Below, one piece after another: positions 27,649-35,068 of a stretch of 64,000 nucleotides of DNA. Each line of letters begins with the position of its first letter. Position 1 is the stretch's first letter. Source of the stretch: Acinetobacter phage At2; sequence record PQ656108.1; one strand, 5' to 3'. The notes beneath the pieces were generated by a model. The model was not told the origin of the DNA. It was given only the letters and a program-made list of their open reading frames with translations, and did not search any database. The translations under genes and the position numbers were made by a program.

Positions 27649-28241
27649 AAATAGTTGGTATTACTGGTAGCCACAGAACAGGTAAAACTTCTTTAAAGGA
27701 GTTGCTTTTGGAAAGGCTACCTAGCTCATACTCTGAAATTAACTTTAGTATTAACCAGTCTTTAACCAGAATTGGAATTGACTCTTCCCGTATGGACTAT
27801 GACTTTGATATTCGCAAAGGTATTCAAACACACCTATTTAATACGTTAGAGCAAGAACTAAAACGCAGGGCTAGTTTTGTACACTTAGCTCGTATGGAAC
27901 ATTCAACAGGAATTATTGACCGTACTCCTATCGACTTAGCTGCTTATGCCACAATTGTTAAACCAATAGGGCAGGAAGAAACTGATTGGGTAAACCAGTA
28001 CATCACTAAGTGTATTGATTTAACTAACCAATACTTCTCTCATCTAGTCCATTGCCCTGTGTTTGCAGGTTTTGTCTCTACACCTAAGTCTGCAGGTGAA
28101 TCATCTCAAACCTATATTGCCGAAGTAATCATGGGCATATTACTTAACCCTGCTTTAAAAGTACCTGTTACTTATTTAAAGCATTCTAACCTTGAACTGC
28201 GTTATGCTGAATTTATAGGAAGCACTTATGAACGTATTTGA
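27612..28241 (+). CDS. P-loop (deoxy)nucleotide kinase-like protein
   Basis: N-terminal Walker A GITGSHRTGKTS; IIDRTPIDLAAYA resembles the DRS/lid region of dNK/dNMP kinases; specificity unknown. Confidence 0.5.
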   Translation: MGTQSCRGKPRMKIVGITGSHRTGKTSLKELLLERLPSSYSEINFSINQSLTRIGIDSSRMDYDFDIRKGIQTHLFNTLEQELKRRASFVHLARMEHSTGIIDRTPIDLAAYATIVKPIGQEETDWVNQYITKCIDLTNQYFSHLVHCPVFAGFVSTPKSAGESSQTYIAEVIMGILLNPALKVPVTYLKHSNLELRYAEFIGSTYERI

Positions 28242-28614
28242 ACTAGGAACTAAGTTTGGCCTTGGTTTCTCTCTTGGTGTATTCCAAGCAATTGCAATAG
28301 CTTTAGTTATTATCTGGACAGCCTCTATGTTAGTAGAGTTTATCTGGACTAAACGTAAGCTACAAAAACACACGATTAAGAAGCTACCAGAACATGTAAA
28401 GCGTATGGAGCTTTCTTACCATCGTGGTGCCAATCTTATTGTGGCTACCGCCACTGTTGTGATAGGTGATAAAAAAGTAACCCGTTTCAAAGCTACGACC
28501 AAACCAAACAAAGAAGCTGTGGAAGTCATAGCTATTAATCTTCAACTCAATCTATTGCGAGAGATCGCAGAGGAACTAGGTAATGGTAACCGCATCAGTT
28601 CTTTTCAAGCTTAA
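28228..28614 (+). CDS. membrane-anchored hypothetical protein
   Basis: N-terminal TM LGVFQAIAIALVIIWTASMLV. Confidence 0.4.
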   Translation: MNVFELGTKFGLGFSLGVFQAIAIALVIIWTASMLVEFIWTKRKLQKHTIKKLPEHVKRMELSYHRGANLIVATATVVIGDKKVTRFKATTKPNKEAVEVIAINLQLNLLREIAEELGNGNRISSFQA

Positions 28615-28930
28615 TGCTGCTCTAAGTAACTTAGCTACTGCTGTTGATAAAGAGCAACAAAGTGCTACTGCTCTATATGTGGAATCTTTATGGCAACAGT
28701 GTGTTGCTTTGAACCCACAGTTAGATACTCACTGTGTTATCCCAAGTCAGGAAGTATTCCTTGAACCTGTAATGGTACATACCCTTGTACGCTTACAGTC
28801 TGCAGTTGCATCTTATGTGAGTGCTACCTTCTTGAATCAAGTACACCCACGTCAGCTTAAGCTTATTAAGTATTATCTTGAGCTTATCTGTGAACAACGT
28901 GATATCAATCACGAACCACTTCTAAAATAA
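28583..28930 (+). CDS. hypothetical protein (115 aa)
   Basis: ORF. Confidence 0.4.
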   Translation: MVTASVLFKLNAALSNLATAVDKEQQSATALYVESLWQQCVALNPQLDTHCVIPSQEVFLEPVMVHTLVRLQSAVASYVSATFLNQVHPRQLKLIKYYLELICEQRDINHEPLLK

Positions 28931-29003
28931 CGCACTCACACCGCAGCTAACGGACGTAGGCTAACGCCTAGTCCTTGCTGCTGTTCGTGCTTAGGAAATT
29001 AAA

Positions 29004-29348
29004 ATGGAAATCTTAATCGCATTATTTGTAGGCCTGATTGTAGGTGTATTTATTACTTACTGTGTAATGTCTACAGCACAACTTAAAGTTGATTTAAACC
29101 CTAACGACTACACCATGCCTGAGATGTTACCTGGTTTGGAAGATGTAGATTTTGAACGTGGTTTTAATATCACTGACAACGTAATCACTATGCACTGGAA
29201 ACACGAAAAGTTTGTACAGAATCGTACTTGGACAGTGAAGACTAAACCAAGTAATGAAGACTTCCAACGTGAGTGGTACAAACAGGAACTAAACTTTTAC
29301 CTTAAAGGTAAACCTTATTTTGAAGAACAGGATAACACCAATGTCTAA
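29004..29348 (+). CDS. membrane-anchored hypothetical protein
   Basis: N-terminal TM ILIALFVGLIVGVFITYCV. Confidence 0.4.
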   Translation: MEILIALFVGLIVGVFITYCVMSTAQLKVDLNPNDYTMPEMLPGLEDVDFERGFNITDNVITMHWKHEKFVQNRTWTVKTKPSNEDFQREWYKQELNFYLKGKPYFEEQDNTNV

Positions 29349-30012
29349 AGAACTCGTATTGGCAATCAATGCCAAAGGCTTAACTAACCTTAACCTAGAT
29401 CCTAAAGGTCTTGTAGAACTTGACCTAGATTGCGACCTTGATGCATTTAACTATGCATTCTTACCTCGCCATACTGCTGATGATAAATCAATTCAAAGCC
29501 TTACATTAGGTATGATGTATCCTCAGATCCTTGGTTACTTCCAAGTAACTGATTCATCAGGCCGTATCTTAACCTACCAACGTAAAGGTAAAGAGAAAGG
29601 TTTATTGGGTAAATGGTCTATCGGTGTAGGTGGACATGTAAGCCAAGAAGATCTGTTAGATGTATTTAACATCACAGGTGAGACTTACCCTACTTTAGCT
29701 ACATTGGTTTATGCAGGTGCATTACGTGAGTTCAAAGAAGAGCTTGGAATTGCTTTAGATAATACTGAAAGTATTAGTGGCCTAGATTCATTCAATGAAT
29801 TAGCAACTCAGTTATTGTATTCATTGGCTGACCCTACTTCTATGTGCCATGTAGGTGTACCAATGACAATTGAAATCAGTGATCATGACAAGGAATCCTT
29901 ACAACTTGATCCTACTGAGTTCAATAACGTAGCTTGGTTGACTCCACAAGAACTTAAAGAATCAAACCTTGAGTTTGAGACTTGGTCTTCAATCTTAGTT
30001 AAGGAAATGTAA
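29320..30012 (+). CDS. NUDIX hydrolase
   Basis: Nudix box GGHVSQEDL...ALREFKEELGI (REx2EExG). Confidence 0.7.
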   Translation: MKNRITPMSKELVLAINAKGLTNLNLDPKGLVELDLDCDLDAFNYAFLPRHTADDKSIQSLTLGMMYPQILGYFQVTDSSGRILTYQRKGKEKGLLGKWSIGVGGHVSQEDLLDVFNITGETYPTLATLVYAGALREFKEELGIALDNTESISGLDSFNELATQLLYSLADPTSMCHVGVPMTIEISDHDKESLQLDPTEFNNVAWLTPQELKESNLEFETWSSILVKEM

Positions 30013-30293
30013 TGAAAGTCTCTGTTGGTGATCTTGTAAAGGTATCTGAAAAAGATGCGTATGTCCCTGATGATCCTTGGACTCACCCTGTACAACTAGG
30101 TATGTTAATAACTAGAATGTTATGGGAAGAAGCCAACGGAGATACTGACTTTATAGGTACGGTTGTTAAAATCAAAACCTCTAAGTGGTTGGGACTAGTT
30201 AAACTAAAACAACCTATCTATATTGTTAAGCTACGTATGCGTTGCCCTTATGACAATATAATCTACACCACAAAATTAAGCCCTCATTCGTGA
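30012..30293 (+). CDS. hypothetical protein (93 aa)
   Basis: ORF ending inside a terminator hairpin. Confidence 0.4.
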   Translation: MKVSVGDLVKVSEKDAYVPDDPWTHPVQLGMLITRMLWEEANGDTDFIGTVVKIKTSKWLGLVKLKQPIYIVKLRMRCPYDNIIYTTKLSPHS

Positions 30294-30309
30294 GGGCTTT
30301 TTTTTTTTA
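30279..30309. terminator. bidirectional terminator between convergent genes
   Basis: AGCCCTCA-ttcg-TGAGGGCT followed by T10; lies between the plus gene ending at 30293 and the minus gene ending at 30307. Confidence 0.7.
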
Positions 30310-30888
30310 TTTAACTGAGATGTCTATACATCTGCCTGATGGAATATCAATCTTGGTTTCAAGATCTACTTCATACTTACCTTGATTAAATATCACGGGA
30401 TGAGTAGTAAGAGTTAAACCAGTAGCATCAAATGTGATATTAGCACCACACAGCACATTACCTAATTCATCTTTAGGTAAGCAGTATTTAAAACCATTTA
30501 GTGCAAATCCTAATGGCCCATTAATACGGTAGTTACCTACACCATTCTTAATGAACCCTGGTTTAACAGTACCATCATGGTCTAGGACAGCACCGTTATA
30601 CACGCTAATTGCCTTAGATCCGAACATTAGTTCATTGTTGGTGTTAACCATTAACCCGAGGTTTAAACGTGCCTGTTGCGCTGTAGTAGCTCCTGTACCG
30701 CCTCTTTCAATTGGTAAGGCATCTTTAAGCCTTACCTCTGATGAACCACCAGTTAACCAATAGAATAATAATGAAGCTGTATGCTCAGCTTTAAGTGCGT
30801 GGATACGAAGTTCATCTCCCTTACCATCTCCTGCAGCTAAACCATACTCAAACCTTTCACGTTCATTCTGGGCTAAGTTAGTTGCCAT
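30307..30888 (-). CDS. small tail-fiber-like protein (193 aa)
   Basis: Contains IERGGTGATTAQQARLNLGL, the GGTGATTA-AR-NLGL signature recurring near the N-termini of many phage tail fibers. Confidence 0.5.
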   Translation of the reverse strand: MATNLAQNERERFEYGLAAGDGKGDELRIHALKAEHTASLLFYWLTGGSSEVRLKDALPIERGGTGATTAQQARLNLGLMVNTNNELMFGSKAISVYNGAVLDHDGTVKPGFIKNGVGNYRINGPLGFALNGFKYCLPKDELGNVLCGANITFDATGLTLTTHPVIFNQGKYEVDLETKIDIPSGRCIDISVK

Positions 30889-31165
30889 GTCCGTTCTCCT
30901 TGTTGTACTCAGAGATTAACTCAAGAATGCTTTTATGCTTGTTATCACAAACACCATAGCGATAGACAGTGTCATGGCTCCATCTAAGAATCGTGCTAGC
31001 TTTACCATCAGTCAGCTCCTCCAGTGGTTGGTTTGGTGCCGCTAAGTTCGATGGCACTATTAGTTTGGGCGATGTAACTATTGAGTGACTGCAGCCCACT
31101 AGTATCAAAACACTCATTGCTGTAGCTAGACATAAGCACAATTTTTTCAACTTCTCTATCAACAT
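30878..31165 (-). CDS. o-spanin (outer-membrane lipoprotein, Rz1-like); starts inside the i-spanin gene
   Basis: Signal peptide MLIEKLKK-LCLCLATAMSVLILVG with lipobox Cys; Pro-rich mature part; different frame overlapping and extending past the i-spanin. Track ORF 30878-31228; the real start is probably the internal Met. Confidence 0.55.
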   Translation of the reverse strand: MLIEKLKKLCLCLATAMSVLILVGCSHSIVTSPKLIVPSNLAAPNQPLEELTDGKASTILRWSHDTVYRYGVCDNKHKSILELISEYNKENGHGN

Positions 31166-31403
31166 AGATCTTTTCCTTTTCTTTAGCAGCCTTTGACTGC
31201 TCATATTGGTCACCAATCTTAGTGGCAATATCTTGTTGTTTAATGATTACTTCTACTTGCTTATCTTTGCTAGTCAGCAAATGATTTTGAAGACTACGTA
31301 GTTGCTCACCCCTATAAACAAGCATAACAGTGAGCACTATAGAAATAAGTAAAAGTAATCCACATAAGTAAGGTGACAACTTCTTATATAGGATTACTAA
31401 CAT
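31008..31403 (-). CDS. i-spanin (Rz-like, N-terminal TM plus coiled coil)
   Basis: N-terminal TM LCGLLLLISIVLTVMLV followed by a charged helical periplasmic domain; directly downstream of the endolysin. Confidence 0.55.
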   Translation of the reverse strand: MLVILYKKLSPYLCGLLLLISIVLTVMLVYRGEQLRSLQNHLLTSKDKQVEVIIKQQDIATKIGDQYEQSKAAKEKEKIYVDREVEKIVLMSSYSNECFDTSGLQSLNSYIAQTNSAIELSGTKPTTGGAD

Positions 31404-31405
31404 AA

Positions 31406-31909
31406 TTAAGCCTCGTTAACTGAGATCTTACCTGCAGGTAGTATAGGCAAATCATAACGGTGTTCGTTAGGAACACTACCTTCACTTACCCAACGATATG
31501 CAGTTACACGTTTAGGATCAAAGTCCTGAATGGTTACAGCATTAGACTGGTTTCCACCTAAGACCTTCAACATACCTTTGGCAGTCTTACCTACCACAAA
31601 GCCTACATGTCCACCACCATCACGAGTAAACGTAACTACACAACCATAAGCAGGTTTAGATAATGGAGTACCTGCTTTCTCCCACTCTTTAGCACGGAAG
31701 AAATCTTTAGGTACCTTATGTGATAACCCTGCTTCTTTGAAGACTTGGGCACAGAATGTACCACACCAAGGCTGACCAATAAGCCATTTACCAGACAGTG
31801 TTTTAGCCCACGCATCAATAGTAGGGTGTTTATTTGTAGCGTTAATCTCAGTTAAACCAAGATAGCTACGAGCAATTTCAATATGTTTCAATTCAGGTTT
31901 AGCACTCAT
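31406..31909 (-). CDS. endolysin, CHAP/NlpC-P60-like peptidoglycan hydrolase
   Basis: Cys motif PWCGTFCAQV and His motif GGGHVGFVVG typical of phage CHAP-like lysins; sits at the head of the spanin pair. Confidence 0.65.
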   Translation of the reverse strand: MSAKPELKHIEIARSYLGLTEINATNKHPTIDAWAKTLSGKWLIGQPWCGTFCAQVFKEAGLSHKVPKDFFRAKEWEKAGTPLSKPAYGCVVTFTRDGGGHVGFVVGKTAKGMLKVLGGNQSNAVTIQDFDPKRVTAYRWVSEGSVPNEHRYDLPILPAGKISVNEA

Positions 31910-31986
31910 GCTAACCTCCTAGTAAGTATGTTTTAGTTGGGGTATTATTACAGACTCTGTTAAATAATCAAACTAGGTATAAAACC

Positions 31987-32196
31987 ATGACTGAAACTGT
32001 ATCTGCTGTAGGCCTTAGTAAAGTAGAAATGAAGTTGTTAAATGACTTCGCAAATATCATCAATGCACGTGAGTATAGTGAGCAAGTTACTATCAAGCGT
32101 CTGCACTTAAACTACGATGAAGCTACTGGATTTAAAATTGACTTACAAGAAGCATCCAACATTGTGCCTATAGAAGAGGTATCTCCTGCTGAATAA
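31987..32196 (+). CDS. small acidic protein (69 aa) on the opposite strand within the minus module
   Basis: ORF divergent from the endolysin, with its own terminator. Confidence 0.4.
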   Translation: MTETVSAVGLSKVEMKLLNDFANIINAREYSEQVTIKRLHLNYDEATGFKIDLQEASNIVPIEEVSPAE

Positions 32197-32210
32197 GCCC
32201 TAAAATAGAT

Positions 32211-32237
32211 AAAGCCCCAATTAAGGGGCTTTATTTT
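32211..32237. terminator. bidirectional terminator
   Basis: AAAGCCCC-aattaa-GGGGCTTT followed by ATTTTTG; read from the other strand it also terminates the minus gene 32248-32505. Confidence 0.65.
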
Positions 32238-32247
32238 TGTCTACTGA

Positions 32248-32505
32248 TTATTCAGCAGCTTTATGAAGTAAGGCGTGTAGATTTTCTACATACTTGCCAA
32301 TCATAGCATCAATAGACTTTAAGCAAACTTTACTATCTTCATAGTGTTCACCTGCTTTTGATTTAAGGTGATGATCAATAGCTACAGCTAACTCTGCAGA
32401 CTGTGCACCAATAAAATCAGTATTGAGGTGAGTAGCACCATGACGTAATGAATGCTCTACCATAGGCTTTGCAACTTCTGTTGCGATTAATGCAAGTGTG
32501 GACAT
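32248..32505 (-). CDS. hypothetical protein (85 aa)
   Basis: ORF. Confidence 0.4.
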   Translation of the reverse strand: MSTLALIATEVAKPMVEHSLRHGATHLNTDFIGAQSAELAVAIDHHLKSKAGEHYEDSKVCLKSIDAMIGKYVENLHALLHKAAE

Positions 32506-32522
32506 AATAAATTCCTTAGCTA

Positions 32523-32545
32523 ATAAGTAAAATAAAACCCCTATG
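32523..32545 (-). terminator. hairpin terminator (minus strand)
   Basis: ACCCC-tatgaa-GGGGT; on the minus strand it is followed by TTTATT just after the stop of 32541-32828. Confidence 0.45.
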
Positions 32546-32828
32546 AAGGGGTCTTACCTTTGTCAGTCATGGACTGTACGTATCGAGCAAACTTAGTCAA
32601 ACCATTAGATAAAGCTTCTGCATCCTCTGGCCTCTCTTTAAGAAAAGAGCTAAACCATTCATCTAGGGTAAGGCTAGGTTTCTCTTTACCTATAGCCATA
32701 GAATACGCTGCTTCAAAATTACCAGTAGTCATTGCATACTGATAAGCCTCTTGGTTTGACATAACAACTTTAATCTTAGCAATGTTGTCATCACTGTAAC
32801 CTTGTTGTTTTAAAATTTGCTCTAACAT
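32541..32828 (-). CDS. hypothetical protein (95 aa)
   Basis: ORF. Confidence 0.4.
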   Translation of the reverse strand: MLEQILKQQGYSDDNIAKIKVVMSNQEAYQYAMTTGNFEAAYSMAIGKEKPSLTLDEWFSSFLKERPEDAEALSNGLTKFARYVQSMTDKGKTPS

Positions 32829-32839
32829 ACTCCAGTACC

Positions 32840-33703
32840 TTACGCTCTTACGTTAGTGTTTGTGTTAGTTGGGTTTGCTTGTTGGAAACCGCCAATGTTA
32901 ATAGCTTGGTTAGTTGCTTGGATATTCTGCAATGCTGCAGCCAAACCGTTAGTCAAGTTATTTAGTACCTGAGCCTGAGCTTGGAACTGTAATTGGTTTT
33001 GGTTTTGTTGGTTTGTCATGTTGATTTCAATTCCGTGACGGTCTTCACTCCTGCGAGCTTCTGCACGTAATTCATTGATTTCATCTTGACGCTCACCTAA
33101 CAAACGCTGCATGTTAGCGTTTTCATACGATGTGATTAAAGCACGAGTCTTTTCACCATCATTCTGAATAACTTGAGCTAACTCAAACTTACCGTTAAGA
33201 ATTGCTGTACCTAATTGATTACCTACTGCAAGAGTAGTTTCACGGTTAGCACTTGCTGCTGCCAAAGCTGTAGCAATAGACTCAGAGATATTTTTATTAA
33301 TACCTGCTTGGCCTTGAATAGCAGTCTGTAAGCCAGTAGCGATGTTTGCATTAATACCTACCGCAGCGTTATTAATACTACCAGTAAGATCTGCAGTTGC
33401 TCCTGCTAGGGCAAGTTGTACTTGGCCTTCTGCTAAAGGAACTGCTGCTTTGATATCACCGAGTCCATTAAGAACTTCGGTATTCATTTGAGTATCAGTT
33501 ACGTTAGCAAGTTGAGCAGATAGGTTAGAAGGAGTTACACAACCTTCAGCTACACCACCACCGCCAAGTAAACCATTACCATTACGTCCTAAGAGTGAAC
33601 CCAACACAAGACCTCCAATAAGTCCACCACCTAAGCCAAGACCCATACCGTCAGAACCTCCACCAGTAGCAACCATAGCAGGCATTGTAGATTGTAAATG
33701 CAT
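32840..33703 (-). CDS. glycine-zipper N-terminal / Gln-Asn-rich coiled-coil protein (287 aa); function unknown, candidate membrane-active lysis or ejection protein
   Basis: N-terminus GGGSDGMGLGLGGGLIGGLVLGSLLG (GxxxG repeats, a single hydrophobic segment); C-terminus QNQNQLQFQAQAQVLNNL is a low-complexity helix. Confidence 0.45.
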   Translation of the reverse strand: MHLQSTMPAMVATGGGSDGMGLGLGGGLIGGLVLGSLLGRNGNGLLGGGGVAEGCVTPSNLSAQLANVTDTQMNTEVLNGLGDIKAAVPLAEGQVQLALAGATADLTGSINNAAVGINANIATGLQTAIQGQAGINKNISESIATALAAASANRETTLAVGNQLGTAILNGKFELAQVIQNDGEKTRALITSYENANMQRLLGERQDEINELRAEARRSEDRHGIEINMTNQQNQNQLQFQAQAQVLNNLTNGLAAALQNIQATNQAINIGGFQQANPTNTNTNVRA

Positions 33704-33786
33704 ATTTAATTCCTTGATTTAATAACTCTTTATCGAGCAGGTGTAGTATATTTCAATGATTTAAATTTAATAGGTGGTTCGATTCC

Positions 33787-33960
33787 ATGTCACAAATCAA
33801 GAAAGCAAAAGAATGTTTTAGATGTCATTATTGCGGTGCTAAAAAAGCTATATGTCCTGTATGTAAAAAACCTTTTTATAAAAGTAGGGAAAACCATGTA
33901 ATATGTAGTACAAGATGTAGGACAAGAAAATATAGAGCAGCTAAAAAGAAAGCCCCTTAG
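33787..33960 (+). CDS. zinc-ribbon micro-protein (57 aa; CFRCHYC ... CPVC ... CSTRC), basic
   Basis: Below the track cutoff; ATG at 33787 with AGGTGG RBS; ends in a hairpin terminator shared with the convergent minus gene. Confidence 0.45.
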   Translation: MSQIKKAKECFRCHYCGAKKAICPVCKKPFYKSRENHVICSTRCRTRKYRAAKKKAP

Positions 33961-33972
33961 CGGGGCTTTGTT
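33951..33972. terminator. bidirectional hairpin terminator
   Basis: AGCCCC-ttag-CGGGGCT between convergent genes. Confidence 0.5.
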
Positions 33973-34807
33973 ACGTGATTAAATGTTTTATACTCCGTAC
34001 ATCAACAATATAAGCTATCTGTGTACCCTGCATTACCCAAGTTTTAATTTCACTAAATCCCCCTCCAAAATTTAATTCATCACCTGTTACTGCCCTAAAA
34101 GTAACTTCAAGATAACCATCCGAACTAATACTAAATATAGCAGCATCGTGTAAAATAATTACTGTACCCGAGCCGTTATACTCCACAAAGTTACCAATAC
34201 GCTTCTGAGAAAATGCAATACCAAAGTCAGTTACATTAGAGGCTTTGACATTACTTTTCCATTTATAAGACCAAGCATCTATAACACCTGCACCATTACC
34301 ATACAACATTTGATTTACTTTATCTTCTGCGGGTAACACGTGAGTAGCTACTACTTTAAGGTTAGGATACATACTACTATAAGTTACATTACCACTAGGA
34401 TCATAACACTCTAAACCTACTCCTGTTGCAGAAGGGTTAGTCACTAAAAGATTAAAGGGGGTAAATATGACCCCAGTAAGTTTTTTATTAAATGTCTCCC
34501 CATACATAGCCGTAAAACCAACAGAGTAATTATTATTACCTTGGTAAGTATGGCTAGAAATTACAGGACATAACCCTACTGGATTAGTATCTCCCCTTGG
34601 AACAGTTACGATTAAGTGTGCTGCATTTGCTGTATACGGTGTAGCATTCACCGTGTTAACTGGCTTACTAACTAACTTACTATACGTATACTGTGGGTAG
34701 TCAGTATCAAACTGTAATACACCTGTTTCGGAGTAGGCCTCCATACCGTATGCCATTAATAATATCCCCATGATATCTCTGCAGCAGCATAAGGAAAAGT
34801 ACCCCAT
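33971..34807 (-). CDS. hypothetical beta-rich protein, possible tail or receptor-binding accessory (start uncertain)
   Basis: 278-aa ORF downstream of the tail fiber; Ser/Thr/Asn/Tyr-rich; overlaps the previous gene in another frame. Confidence 0.45.
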   Translation of the reverse strand: MGYFSLCCCRDIMGILLMAYGMEAYSETGVLQFDTDYPQYTYSKLVSKPVNTVNATPYTANAAHLIVTVPRGDTNPVGLCPVISSHTYQGNNNYSVGFTAMYGETFNKKLTGVIFTPFNLLVTNPSATGVGLECYDPSGNVTYSSMYPNLKVVATHVLPAEDKVNQMLYGNGAGVIDAWSYKWKSNVKASNVTDFGIAFSQKRIGNFVEYNGSGTVIILHDAAIFSISSDGYLEVTFRAVTGDELNFGGGFSEIKTWVMQGTQIAYIVDVRSIKHLIT

Positions 34808-35058
34808 GAAATAGAGTACCTCCTATACTGCCAAGTTAATTGTGAGTTGGATATTGTAGCGTAAGGCAAGTTATCATATACCCCTGCATTTAATCCAACC
34901 ATAAAAAATATAGGTACCCTATCAGCAGGGATATTAATATTTAATGTTCCATCAGTGCCTGCTGTAGTTGTAACCTTGCCCATAATTCTAGGGAACCTAT
35001 CATTAGTATCATTAATAAGTACCCCATTTGCGTCATAAACTTGTAAACCTTGTGGCAT
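34756..35058 (-). CDS. hypothetical protein (100 aa) downstream of the tail fiber
   Basis: ORF 10 nt after the fiber stop. Confidence 0.4.
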   Translation of the reverse strand: MPQGLQVYDANGVLINDTNDRFPRIMGKVTTTAGTDGTLNINIPADRVPIFFMVGLNAGVYDNLPYATISNSQLTWQYRRYSISWGTFPYAAAEISWGYY

Positions 35059-35068
35059 TAGTAACCCC

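Noticed and set aside
26991-32742. ORFs 26991-27221, 28176-28373, 29883-30095, 30551-30763, 31636-31818 and 32560-32742 on the strand opposite to annotated genes
   Set aside because: They are antisense overlaps without RBS or terminator support.
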